A stretch of 64,000 bases of DNA, from the IMG/VR virus record IMGVR_UViG_3300045974_000132, positions 62,001-126,000 of that record; one strand, 5' to 3'. A model generated the notes under the pieces. That model had not been told where the DNA came from. It ran no database searches and saw only the letters and a program-made list of their open reading frames with translations. Positions 47,001-56,494 of the stretch are shown here, in pieces. Each line of letters begins with the position of its first letter. Position 1 is the stretch's first letter. The translations under genes and the position numbers were made by a program.

Positions 47001-49046
47001 TTAGAATAGTAGATTCAAATACTTCTTTAGAAGTTCCTCAGAGGTGTATATCGGAATCCCAAGTTCTTTAGCTTTGGTGGCTTTGCTAGATGCACTACTT
47101 TTATCTTTGACAACAAGGGCCGTTGTCTTCGCATTGACGCCAGAAGCGATTGTACCACCATGTCTGACGATGGCGTTCTCAAGTTCGACATTTCTAAATC
47201 CTGTGAAACATATTGCCTGATCTTTCATTGTTGCACTCTTGACAACAACCTTCTCAGGCTTCTTGAAGGTAATAGGCAGAGTATCAACCCACTTGATAAA
47301 CTTCGGCAAACCTGCTGCAAACTGTTCCGCAGTAACAGAACTAAACCCGTCAATGCTTTCCACTATATCAACTATGTTACCTTCAAGTTTTGTAGCTAGT
47401 TTGAACAGGTCGTGCTTATCAATAATCATCTGCATACGTTTCGTACCGAAGTTGCGTCCAAAGAATCCACTATGGGCTGCAACATTGGCAAGATTAGCTT
47501 CCTTCAGCTTGGACTGAATTTGCTGATAGTATTTGTTTGCAGATACTTCCTTAATACCTTCAAACTTCAAGAACGTAACAGGCTTTGCAAGCAAGAAGTC
47601 TTTGATCTTTGTCATCCCACCGTCGTAGCACTTACGGATGGTTGCAATAGCTAGATGTTCAACACCTAAGCCGGATGACAAGAAAGCATAGATACGTTTA
47701 ACTGCAACAACAGGATTACCGGCTTCCTTAATCAGAATATCAACTTCGTTTGCATTCCAAGTAAAGGGAACTTTCGGCAGATCAGGCTTACGTGCAGGTT
47801 TTACAACACGCGTTATATACGGAATTACTTCACCGCTGCGTGTTACTTCTACAATAGCCCCTGGACCAATAGGTCTATCAGGTTTGCCTTCATACTTCTT
47901 ACGATCTTTGTACGAATAACCGTGAACGATGAAGAAGCCGTTATGACCAGTTGCCCAATCGACAGTGGCTCCCGCTAGTTCAACAGGTTCGATCTTGATA
48001 CGAGGCTTTGCAGAACCGTGTTTGCTTGCATTCCATTCAACGTACTCTACCTTAGTCTGTACTAAGTTTTCCGTTTCATCATTGATCTTGAAAGCAATTG
48101 CATACGAAGGATCTTCACCTGTAAGAGAAGCACGATGCGGTTTGTCTTGATTGATAACTAGACCGTCAATCATATATTTGGATGCAGTCTTACGCTTTGC
48201 CAGCATAGTCGAGAGGACAGAATCACTCAATCGACCAACTACTGTATGCGGTACTACATCAAAGCCTAACTTCTTCAACTTAGCCAGTTGAGCAGATGGA
48301 CTTAAGGCACTATTCATAATCTCATGTGCAAGAATCTTTACGTCAGGTAGTGCTTTATGCACACCTTTAGTATTGAATACACCTGCTACCATATTACGTG
48401 CATTCTTGTAGTTCTTTGCATTACCTGAGTCACGACCGTGCTTTGCTAAGAATACACTCTTCGGGAGAATAGTCTCAAACCGAACAGCAATGTTTTCATT
48501 CAATTGCTGAGGTATGTTCATATGCGGAACAAGGAATGATACATCTTGTCCGATAGTAGGACTAGTCTTTGTATAAGCTTTAGGGGTTGCACCCTTTGTA
48601 TAAACAACTTCGAGAGCATTACCATCAAGCTTGTCTGATACAACCCAAGGGCCAGTATTCTTCTTAGCAAATATATCAAGCTTACCGTCACCTGGGTAGG
48701 ATTTGCCTAAGCTAGACATGGCATATGGAAGCTTCGTCTTCACTTTGCCTACGACAGGCTTAGCTCCAGAGATAGGCTTCCACGTTGGGTCATTTGCTTC
48801 AATGATCTTTTCTAGCAGATCGTATCGGTCATCAGTAAGCTCAAGCATACCTTTGTCGATGATTGCTACATCAGGTAGTACGGGTACTGCACCTCTGTGC
48901 AACTTACCCATCTTCAAAGCTGTCGCAACTTCAGGAGAATACTCTGACAGTTTAATACGGAGGTTTTTAGCCTTATTGTAGTACGCATCTTTTGCAGCAA
49001 GTACCAACTTCTTCAGTGCTGCAATATCACGTTTAAGGAATTTCAT
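47001..49046 (-). CDS. ligA: NAD-dependent DNA ligase
   Basis: AYYN, DDRYD, KLDG, NARN, DGLV, AIAFK, ATGHN, RSGEVIP, C-terminal BRCT (CFTGFR...GG...KAKELGIPI). Confidence 0.92.
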   Translation of the reverse strand: MKFLKRDIAALKKLVLAAKDAYYNKAKNLRIKLSEYSPEVATALKMGKLHRGAVPVLPDVAIIDKGMLELTDDRYDLLEKIIEANDPTWKPISGAKPVVGKVKTKLPYAMSSLGKSYPGDGKLDIFAKKNTGPWVVSDKLDGNALEVVYTKGATPKAYTKTSPTIGQDVSFLVPHMNIPQQLNENIAVRFETILPKSVFLAKHGRDSGNAKNYKNARNMVAGVFNTKGVHKALPDVKILAHEIMNSALSPSAQLAKLKKLGFDVVPHTVVGRLSDSVLSTMLAKRKTASKYMIDGLVINQDKPHRASLTGEDPSYAIAFKINDETENLVQTKVEYVEWNASKHGSAKPRIKIEPVELAGATVDWATGHNGFFIVHGYSYKDRKKYEGKPDRPIGPGAIVEVTRSGEVIPYITRVVKPARKPDLPKVPFTWNANEVDILIKEAGNPVVAVKRIYAFLSSGLGVEHLAIATIRKCYDGGMTKIKDFLLAKPVTFLKFEGIKEVSANKYYQQIQSKLKEANLANVAAHSGFFGRNFGTKRMQMIIDKHDLFKLATKLEGNIVDIVESIDGFSSVTAEQFAAGLPKFIKWVDTLPITFKKPEKVVVKSATMKDQAICFTGFRNVELENAIVRHGGTIASGVNAKTTALVVKDKSSASSKATKAKELGIPIYTSEELLKKYLNLLF

Positions 49047-49047
49047 A

Positions 49048-49359
49048 TCAGTCTGCCCGAATATTATTGTGAAGTCGATGCCCAGCCGGTGTTTTACAGC
49101 AGTTAGGATACTGCAATCCCGTTATACCGTTTACAGACATTGGATAGTAGATATTGTTACAGCTAGGACACATCCAAGCATATCCTGCACTGACTTTCAT
49201 ACCCCAATCACCTCTACCCGGTATAGCACCTCTACCCTCAGTGTATATAACACGATAGGTATAGCGATCATTGAAAGCTTTTGCAATAGCTTCTTTCTCA
49301 GAATTTTCAGCCCTTGCCTGTAACTTATTTTTTAGTTGTGTAAGCCAAGCTTTAATCAT
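49048..49359 (-). CDS. hypothetical Zn-ribbon protein
   Basis: WMCPSC...YPNCC. Confidence 0.6.
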   Translation of the reverse strand: MIKAWLTQLKNKLQARAENSEKEAIAKAFNDRYTYRVIYTEGRGAIPGRGDWGMKVSAGYAWMCPSCNNIYYPMSVNGITGLQYPNCCKTPAGHRLHNNIRAD

Positions 49360-49364
49360 TTGAG

Positions 49365-49730
49365 TCAGCCCTTAGGATATTCTTTTACGAAGGTGTTGTA
49401 CATTTTGATAGCCTGCTCACGTTCTTCCCTCAAAACGTTTAGGCCCTTCTCCTTACCAGCAGAAGTTTTAGCAGTGTAGAGTGCGATTATAGAACTTACC
49501 GTCTCCAATCTATCTACTACATTGCTTTTTGTTTCCTTCAAGTCAGCTACCCAATCAGGGTCTTGATAGTTGGTACGTATCTGTCGATCCAGGTCTGCTA
49601 TGTTAGACTTGTAAGTAGTCCGCAACTTATCGAGCAAGATCATAGGAAAAGGTTTAGGATTAACAGGCAGAGCGTCTGTTAAATAACCGTATTCACTTCT
49701 AGAAATAGATGTTTCAATAAGGAGTTGCAT
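49365..49730 (-). CDS. hypothetical helical protein with S-x-S leader
   Basis: Starts MQLLIETSISRS. Confidence 0.65.
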   Translation of the reverse strand: MQLLIETSISRSEYGYLTDALPVNPKPFPMILLDKLRTTYKSNIADLDRQIRTNYQDPDWVADLKETKSNVVDRLETVSSIIALYTAKTSAGKEKGLNVLREEREQAIKMYNTFVKEYPKG

Positions 49731-49739
49731 TTCTATTCC

Positions 49740-50384
49740 TTATACGTACCAATTAGAAGAGTATGAGAATACACGACCTGAAAACGGCTTGCCTGCAACA
49801 CGAACATTACCGTAAGTAGCGGTGTGCGATTTAGGCTTATCTGTTTCAATACCGTATTTTGTAGTTAGGTACTTTGCAAACTTGGAGAAGCTACGCTGAA
49901 GAAGCGGTGTAGCTGACCATCCCTCAACAGCTTCCTTACTAGAACAATACGCCCCTACAGAGATAGAGGTCTTAGTCATCTGATATACGACCACGATAGA
50001 TTCCGGTCGACGATCATATACCGTATTGAAAGCTATGCAAATTGTTTCATCTTTGAAAAAGCTACGAACCTCACTACCTTTTAAAGCAGTTATGATAGAG
50101 GCTGTATTCTTTACCAAAGCTTCTTCAATGTCTAGTCCATGCACATTGAGGAATTCAACTTGTTCTTTGAAAGAGTCACCTACGGCTGCTGCTAGCGACC
50201 TATCTTTTAACTCTTTGACAAGACGTTTATTAACGCCGTAAACTACACCGTCCTTGATTACACTAGGGCGGCCTTCGTACAGCGCAAGGCGGAAGATGTC
50301 ATTTTTGTGCAAAACCAATTCTTTTTGGCCAGACCTAAAACGAGCACCCTTATCCGCAGTGTAATATCTATAGGACGGTTTCAT
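49740..50384 (-). CDS. hypothetical protein
   Basis: N-terminal domain resembles those of 45346 and 50385 (L.L.K.D.F pattern). Confidence 0.65.
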   Translation of the reverse strand: MKPSYRYYTADKGARFRSGQKELVLHKNDIFRLALYEGRPSVIKDGVVYGVNKRLVKELKDRSLAAAVGDSFKEQVEFLNVHGLDIEEALVKNTASIITALKGSEVRSFFKDETICIAFNTVYDRRPESIVVVYQMTKTSISVGAYCSSKEAVEGWSATPLLQRSFSKFAKYLTTKYGIETDKPKSHTATYGNVRVAGKPFSGRVFSYSSNWYV

Positions 50385-51086
50385 TTAGATACCCGGCTTA
50401 ACTTCAGTGTCTTTGTCTTCGTCATCTTCCTTATCCTTAGATTCAGCACCCTCAGGTACGTCATCACCGATAGTAGGATCGACAAAACTGATACTAATCT
50501 TCTCTACACGAACGCCTGTGCTTTCAACCGTTTTATAGCGGCGGAACTCTTCAGGAATTTCATCGTCATTGAAGTCTTCAATTTCAGGAAGATGCAACTC
50601 TGATAACTTTACTTTTACAGTTCTAGGAGCATCTGGATTACCCGGCTTGGTAACGCCCGTCATCTTAGTCACTACTGCCTTACGCGGGTCTTTATGGACA
50701 ACAGCTGCCGGCTTGGGAGTAGAAACTTTAAGCATAGTACCTAGCTTAGTGATAGGTATTGCCTTTTGCTTAACAGGACTTGTAGGAGCCGCAGAGGACT
50801 TGCGAGTAGTAGGTTTTGCAGAAGTAAGAGTAGGTATCTTACCGTTATACTGCTTAGAAGCATTCATCAAGTTTTCAGACTTGGTGATCTTCAGTTGGAA
50901 CTTTGAACCGTCTTCTAAAACGATTTCATCGTATTCCTTATTACGCAGTTCCCGTACTCCGAATAAAGCTTTAGGGGCTAATACGTGCTTGTCACCCTTT
51001 TCAGATAGAACAGTGCGTGACTTGGCTCCTGCGTAACGCATCCAGTAATACTTAGCAGGATTAGCGGCTGAGATAGATATTTTCAT
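50385..51086 (-). CDS. hypothetical basic protein with S-x-S leader and acidic tail
   Basis: Starts MKISISAAN; K/P/T-rich middle; second KISIS just before the acidic tail. Confidence 0.65.
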   Translation of the reverse strand: MKISISAANPAKYYWMRYAGAKSRTVLSEKGDKHVLAPKALFGVRELRNKEYDEIVLEDGSKFQLKITKSENLMNASKQYNGKIPTLTSAKPTTRKSSAAPTSPVKQKAIPITKLGTMLKVSTPKPAAVVHKDPRKAVVTKMTGVTKPGNPDAPRTVKVKLSELHLPEIEDFNDDEIPEEFRRYKTVESTGVRVEKISISFVDPTIGDDVPEGAESKDKEDDEDKDTEVKPGI

Positions 51087-51088
51087 AG

Positions 51089-51583
51089 TCAGTCCTTAAT
51101 GTCTTCAACCTGTTCACCCGTAAGAGTGATCTCAAATTTCAGGGAAGATAACATGCGGTTAAGCTTTGCAAAGCACTTAGGCTTATCACCGATTTTGTCG
51201 GCAAGTGTAATGTGCGCTTCATAGTCTGGGAAGCTATGCTGACAACCTAGATCAACGTATTGCTCATGGCGAATAGCAAGATCGCGTGAATTAAGTTGAA
51301 GCACAAGATACCCTGCATTGTCATGACCCGGCCAGTAGGATAGCTTGTCGGACCACGCTTTGAATGTGAACGGTCCTGCATTCAATAGTTTGGTTACGCG
51401 AATGCTGTGAGGAGCTTCCTCTTTACTGTACATAATCGTGCAGTGTAGATCCGCTTCCTCATATGTCTTAACACCCTCTGCTTGAAGTTCTTCATTGAGG
51501 GCACTCATTAGCTGGCTAAATCCTTTTACAGGCATAACGCAGCTATATAGTCCAGACTTACCTGTGTATGTTGCTTTCTTCAT
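51089..51583 (-). CDS. acb1: 2H phosphoesterase, Acb1 / T4 gp57B-like (paralogue 2)
   Basis: GLY, LHCTIMYS, LVLQLNS..L..RH....LGCQHSFPDYEAHITLA. Confidence 0.85.
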   Translation of the reverse strand: MKKATYTGKSGLYSCVMPVKGFSQLMSALNEELQAEGVKTYEEADLHCTIMYSKEEAPHSIRVTKLLNAGPFTFKAWSDKLSYWPGHDNAGYLVLQLNSRDLAIRHEQYVDLGCQHSFPDYEAHITLADKIGDKPKCFAKLNRMLSSLKFEITLTGEQVEDIKD

Positions 51584-52143
51584 GCTGGTGCCCCTTCAGA
51601 CCCTTCATCAAAATCTAGTAGAGTTTCCTCATAGCTGCTACCACCACCTTGCCTATTAGCAGGCTGCTGCATAGCTTGTTTAAATCGTAGAGCAGCTTCT
51701 TCCTTAGTCATTTTAACAAGGTGTGTTCTATCTACGACTGCTGCCCAGAACTGAAAAGCGTCTTTAATCGGATAGGATAAGGGCAGTGTATAGTGCTGTC
51801 CCATGCGTAGTTTGCACAGATCAATTGCCATCTGACCTACTTGAATAACACCGTGCGTTAGTTGCGATGGTGACTTTTCAGCAAAAGCATCCGTCATCGT
51901 ATCATCCATGTTATGGCGATACCCAGAATACTCAATAAGTTTTGCATCAATGTCGGCATGCTCCAACTCTTTAAGCATGTTCTTAAGGAGTCGCGGATAA
52001 GCATGTTGAGCTTGCTCTGCACTAACCTGAGCCTGCCTAGCCAAAGTATCTGTCTGTATGTAATGGTTTATTATGTGAGCTACGGTTGCGGATAAGCTGG
52101 CGTAGGAAAGAATACTATTGCTTACGGAAATTAATATATTCAT
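51580..52143 (-). CDS. hypothetical protein with S-x-S leader
   Basis: Starts MNILISVSNS; THGVIQVGQMAIDL resembles the His/Asp strands of papain-like folds, but no upstream Cys. Confidence 0.65.
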   Translation of the reverse strand: MNILISVSNSILSYASLSATVAHIINHYIQTDTLARQAQVSAEQAQHAYPRLLKNMLKELEHADIDAKLIEYSGYRHNMDDTMTDAFAEKSPSQLTHGVIQVGQMAIDLCKLRMGQHYTLPLSYPIKDAFQFWAAVVDRTHLVKMTKEEAALRFKQAMQQPANRQGGGSSYEETLLDFDEGSEGAPA

Positions 52144-53999
52144 TTCATACCCTTCTTGTTCAAGTTCTTAATTGCCTTGATGATAGTTTCGTTAGCTTTA
52201 GACTCAAAGGTATTACGATTTACCACATGCTTACGCTTACCTGTCTTGGTAAAAGCATAGGGTTCATGGCCTGTAAAGTCACGATCTAACAATGGGCGAG
52301 CTCCATTAGCCCCTAATACAGCAGACCTAGAGCCAGCCCTAACAGGAGAAGCTAATGCAAGTAACGCACGTTCTGCGGATTCAGACTCTTCTCCGCCTTC
52401 ACCACCAGCAGGAGCAGGATTTAGAGCAGTAATCTTCTTCATGTATTCCGAGATACGCTTACGAATATCTAGGTCTTCATCTTGCTGACGGATGAGTGTT
52501 TCAAGATCAAGCCCACCTGCAGCAGCCAATGCGCGTAACGGAACTGGAACACCCTTCTGTGTCAAGGAATCAAGCATGTCGATATATGCAGTATCACCTT
52601 CAGCCTTAAGTTGCTTAGTCCAATGCACAGAAGGAATAAACAACTTACTACCGTCATTCATTTGCATCAAGGCTTGTTCACTATCAACCTGATTCATCAG
52701 ATTCGGATTGATATTGACGCGACCGTTCTTAACAGTGAAGCCGTTGATTAGCGAAATCAGTGGGAAGAGGGTATCATAGAACAACTTCCGAGTCATAGTC
52801 TCACGGAAGCTACGAATCATATCAAGGAATACTGTGATAGCATTACCTGAAGTGTCGTAGTTTGCGTCACCGGATAAGAAGCCTTCTGATATACCTAGAC
52901 CGCGCAGCTTATGGCTTAATACGCTATCTGCAAAGTCTGTTGACTTCCAGAAGTCACCACCCTGACGTAATTCTTCAACCATCACACCTGAGCGTGTTGC
53001 AATGATAGCACCGATCGGGTCACTATCTGCATTCATAAACAACTCAGTCATGAATTCCATATCTTGTACAGAAGGAATCCATTGATCGCCGTCACCCAAA
53101 GACAAGTGAAGAATGCCTCGTTGGCGTCTAGCTGATTCAACTAGAGTACCGCGGAAGAGATTCTTTTCAATCAAATAAATGGGCAAAATCCGACGGAAGT
53201 ACGAAGTACCTCGGTCAGATCGAGAGAATGTTCTACGTGGGACATAGATGGTGCTTAAAGGATCAAGCTCGATAGACCCTTCAAGGATCTTGTCGATAAT
53301 CTCATGCCCTAAATGTTCTTTGATCCGTTTGATTCTAGGCGTATCTCTACCTAGGATTTCTTTCAATTGATCTGGGAACTTAACTGTGATAATGGGCTGT
53401 TGACTATAGAACGGAAGTGATTCAACGGTCAAGTCATCAGCTTGGTGAGGAAGAATATCCGTAAAGATTTTCTTCTCACGATTATACAGTAGGGAGCTAC
53501 AATGCTCACCTAATACCAGATAATCTACAGCAATCTCTGGAATCAATGTACGGAAGTTCAACCGTTCAATTGTCTCCAGATATATCTCACTGATCTTTTT
53601 GGTGTCACCTTTAACAGACGGAAAACCGCCTAGGTTGAACTCACCAAAAGGTAGCATAGACATTAAGTCAACAGCAGAACCTGCGACGCTATCATTGTAG
53701 TAAATATCCCTATATACGCTATGTAGTACCGACTCCGTCTGAGGAGTCATACCTGTTAGCATAGGATCTACGTCGATAGTGATTGCATTACCCGATATGT
53801 TCGTATTCGGACTACCGGTTACGCGCATTGACGTATTTGAAGTTGATTCAAATCCTTTAGAGATAGGCTTAGTCCCTACTCTCGTACCAGATTTTGAGGT
53901 AGTGCCTAAGTTTCTTTTTAAGTCAATTGGTTCTGTTTTTGTAGTTTGTTGACGGACAGCCTGGATTGCAGGATGCCCGCTTTTAGACACTTTAAACAT
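52140..53999 (-). CDS. portal protein
   Basis: Position downstream of terminase; IYYNDSVAGSAVD, RGTSYFRRIL, LGISEGFLSGDANY. Confidence 0.8.
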   Translation of the reverse strand: MFKVSKSGHPAIQAVRQQTTKTEPIDLKRNLGTTSKSGTRVGTKPISKGFESTSNTSMRVTGSPNTNISGNAITIDVDPMLTGMTPQTESVLHSVYRDIYYNDSVAGSAVDLMSMLPFGEFNLGGFPSVKGDTKKISEIYLETIERLNFRTLIPEIAVDYLVLGEHCSSLLYNREKKIFTDILPHQADDLTVESLPFYSQQPIITVKFPDQLKEILGRDTPRIKRIKEHLGHEIIDKILEGSIELDPLSTIYVPRRTFSRSDRGTSYFRRILPIYLIEKNLFRGTLVESARRQRGILHLSLGDGDQWIPSVQDMEFMTELFMNADSDPIGAIIATRSGVMVEELRQGGDFWKSTDFADSVLSHKLRGLGISEGFLSGDANYDTSGNAITVFLDMIRSFRETMTRKLFYDTLFPLISLINGFTVKNGRVNINPNLMNQVDSEQALMQMNDGSKLFIPSVHWTKQLKAEGDTAYIDMLDSLTQKGVPVPLRALAAAGGLDLETLIRQQDEDLDIRKRISEYMKKITALNPAPAGGEGGEESESAERALLALASPVRAGSRSAVLGANGARPLLDRDFTGHEPYAFTKTGKRKHVVNRNTFESKANETIIKAIKNLNKKGMK

Positions 54000-54010
54000 A
54001 AGTCACACCC

Positions 54011-54214
54011 TTAAACAGGTAGCGGTTGTGAAACGCGGCAAGGCTCACAATAAAATACTTGAACATTGTCAACCAAGGCATTACCGAAGGGTTGCTGACA
54101 TTTAGGGCACATGCCCATAGTGTCATTTATCAGGGCAGACGTAGACTCAAATTCAGAAGCCGCTAGTTCAACAGCCGCTTCAGTCTCTAAGTGTGTCAAG
54201 GGATTAAAAGTCAT
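54011..54214 (-). CDS. small Zn-ribbon protein
   Basis: CPKC...CEPC; GGAGG RBS; TAATTT at 54238-54243. Confidence 0.7.
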   Translation of the reverse strand: MTFNPLTHLETEAAVELAASEFESTSALINDTMGMCPKCQQPFGNALVDNVQVFYCEPCRVSQPLPV

Positions 54215-54259
54215 AACTATACCTCCTTAATACTTCTAAATTAGTTTCCTGCGTTTTTA

Positions 54260-56494
54260 CTAAGTATTAGCTCTTTGCCGAGTCATCCCTAAGCTACTAC
54301 CCTGGGAAACTTGTTGCCCCATCCCGCCGTTCTTAGAACCCGATCCTCCACCGCTGTAGTTACGATATACAGCCATCTGGGAAGCATCTACATGGGAAGT
54401 CATAGTCTTTTCCGGAAGCTTTAAAAGCTCCTGATTATCTTCATGCACAAGTTGCTGGAATAACAAGAACACAGCGCGTGCAATGTCATCCGTTAACTGG
54501 TCTCCCTTGATAACCCCTGCCCCTGTATCTTGGACGGTCAGCAGTTGGAGCATGAAGTGTTCAACCGGCTTATTCTTAAAGCAGCCCGGATACTCACTAT
54601 GGTCATACTTCAATACTTCATCCATCGGAGTAGTACATAAAGGTAGAGTAACTTGAGTGTCCTCGATGTAGGACTTGAACAATTGCATGTCTGTGTATTT
54701 AAGGCTGTACACTTGACGTTCGCAATCGTGATCTACTTCCATGTCTGCAAGAATCTTCAAGCTATTCCAACGGTCTGCAACTACCTTAACGATGTTGCAA
54801 AATTCAAATAGCTTTGACAGCAAGTGAGAATACATCTTGCTATGATTGATACGCATACCTTGCGTGGGAATAACTTCACCCACAACACTGATAATGGGCT
54901 TATCATCTTTACCCAAGAAGCCTAACGAGAAGGCAAAAGAGTTATTTGATAGGCCTGCATCCAGCGCAAGAATACAAGGACGTGCAATAATCTTAACTGC
55001 TTCTAGGTCACCATACACTTCAATTTGACCGTCTGAGGTCTTATAGGTGGTATAGTGCATCTTCAATGCGTTCTTCTTCTGCCCCATACATGCCATAACA
55101 GCATCTTTGTTTGGAAGGAAGGCATTGTTGGTAAGAGGAGGTTGCGCACCGAAATCTCGCATAGCCCCTACCGGGTCATTCTTAAACTTTTCACGGATGA
55201 AAGCAGAACTACGGGGAAGATTAGGATTCATTTCCCAAGTAGGTGCCTGAATACCGTAGATCACTTTGCTATGTTGGGCTTTCTTTACCAACTCACAAAT
55301 CTTATCTCGAATAGAAGACGGAGAAGAAATGTTGGCAAATAAACCAAAGGGAACATTGTAGAATCCCTTCTTAATTACATTGCGGGCTGATTGACGAAGC
55401 GTACCTAGACTGTTTTCAAGAGCCACATAGACTTCATTGGCGTTCATCTTAACATTCTTGGCAGCTTCAATACTATTGTCAAACCAACCCAGTTCGTCAA
55501 TCCCTGCTGCGTAACGAGTACGTCCGCGAAGAATCCGTTTATCCGGACCTGCTGGGTAGGCAAGCAGACGACGATGTTTGTATTGGACGAATGTATCTTT
55601 CAGCTTGTAGAGTTCTTCACCAGTGCGGGATTGAACATCATCAAGCATAGCATGGTATTCTTTAAACCAAGCAGAGTCTAAAAGATTACCGTAGAACGGT
55701 TCCCACAGAGTATCCTTGGCCTGTGCATATGTAAGAGCTACGAAGGTTGCCTGCAATACTGTCGCTCTCAAAAGCCCATACACTTCATTAGGTCGTTCAA
55801 GCTTAATCATCCGATGGGTGAGATAGGAAATAAGCATCCCAAACAAAGCAGATTTACCCGAACGCTGACCTGCATTGATTGCAAGTTCATAATACGGATT
55901 TAGCTTCTTACTGCGGTAGAAGTTTAACCGAGTCTTCTTACACGAAGGACATTTACCATGTTCTAGTAAGCATACCTTACGTGTGAATTTCTCAAGGCTG
56001 TCATCTACTCGGTGCTTGCTTTCAATGTACTCCATATCACTGCACTCAGGACAATACTCACCGAATACAATAGTACCTACTAGAGCTTGCTTCAGATAGG
56101 GCTTCTGGCCTAAGAACTTATCTGATACACACCAAGTATAGAAGTTTGGAGCTTCTGCAAAGTCACCTTCTGGGATGTTAATATCCGGACTAACAATGCG
56201 CTTGTCTTTGATGATATTCTTGATTGTCTGAAACGCATTAAATCCGCCGAAGTTTATATCGTAAATGTCTAAGTTTGAGCCACCGTACTTAGTCATCTTG
56301 CCTTCGGGCACTATAATTCTACTGTCTTCCGAACTGGAAAGAGGTAGCTCTAGGATATCTTCCAGTAGAGCTACCTCTTGTTTGCCACTTGCTTTCATCA
56401 AACTAAAACGTTTGCAGGTATAGATCAACGACTTAGCTGGTTCTCGGCATTCAAAATAATGAGAGCATTTTAAACAGTTTCTAGCTAAATTCAT
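54260..56494 (-). CDS. terL: terminase large subunit
   Basis: Walker A GQRSGKS, LRGRT, Walker B GIDE, ISSP, PTWEMNP, nuclease LALDAG and DDI. Confidence 0.9.
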   Translation of the reverse strand: MNLARNCLKCSHYFECREPAKSLIYTCKRFSLMKASGKQEVALLEDILELPLSSSEDSRIIVPEGKMTKYGGSNLDIYDINFGGFNAFQTIKNIIKDKRIVSPDINIPEGDFAEAPNFYTWCVSDKFLGQKPYLKQALVGTIVFGEYCPECSDMEYIESKHRVDDSLEKFTRKVCLLEHGKCPSCKKTRLNFYRSKKLNPYYELAINAGQRSGKSALFGMLISYLTHRMIKLERPNEVYGLLRATVLQATFVALTYAQAKDTLWEPFYGNLLDSAWFKEYHAMLDDVQSRTGEELYKLKDTFVQYKHRRLLAYPAGPDKRILRGRTRYAAGIDELGWFDNSIEAAKNVKMNANEVYVALENSLGTLRQSARNVIKKGFYNVPFGLFANISSPSSIRDKICELVKKAQHSKVIYGIQAPTWEMNPNLPRSSAFIREKFKNDPVGAMRDFGAQPPLTNNAFLPNKDAVMACMGQKKNALKMHYTTYKTSDGQIEVYGDLEAVKIIARPCILALDAGLSNNSFAFSLGFLGKDDKPIISVVGEVIPTQGMRINHSKMYSHLLSKLFEFCNIVKVVADRWNSLKILADMEVDHDCERQVYSLKYTDMQLFKSYIEDTQVTLPLCTTPMDEVLKYDHSEYPGCFKNKPVEHFMLQLLTVQDTGAGVIKGDQLTDDIARAVFLLFQQLVHEDNQELLKLPEKTMTSHVDASQMAVYRNYSGGGSGSKNGGMGQQVSQGSSLGMTRQRANT

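Noticed and set aside
54260-56494. Intein in the long terminase
   Set aside because: No C/S...HN-[CST] splice motifs or LAGLIDADG blocks; the extra length is N-terminal Zn-ribbon sequence.
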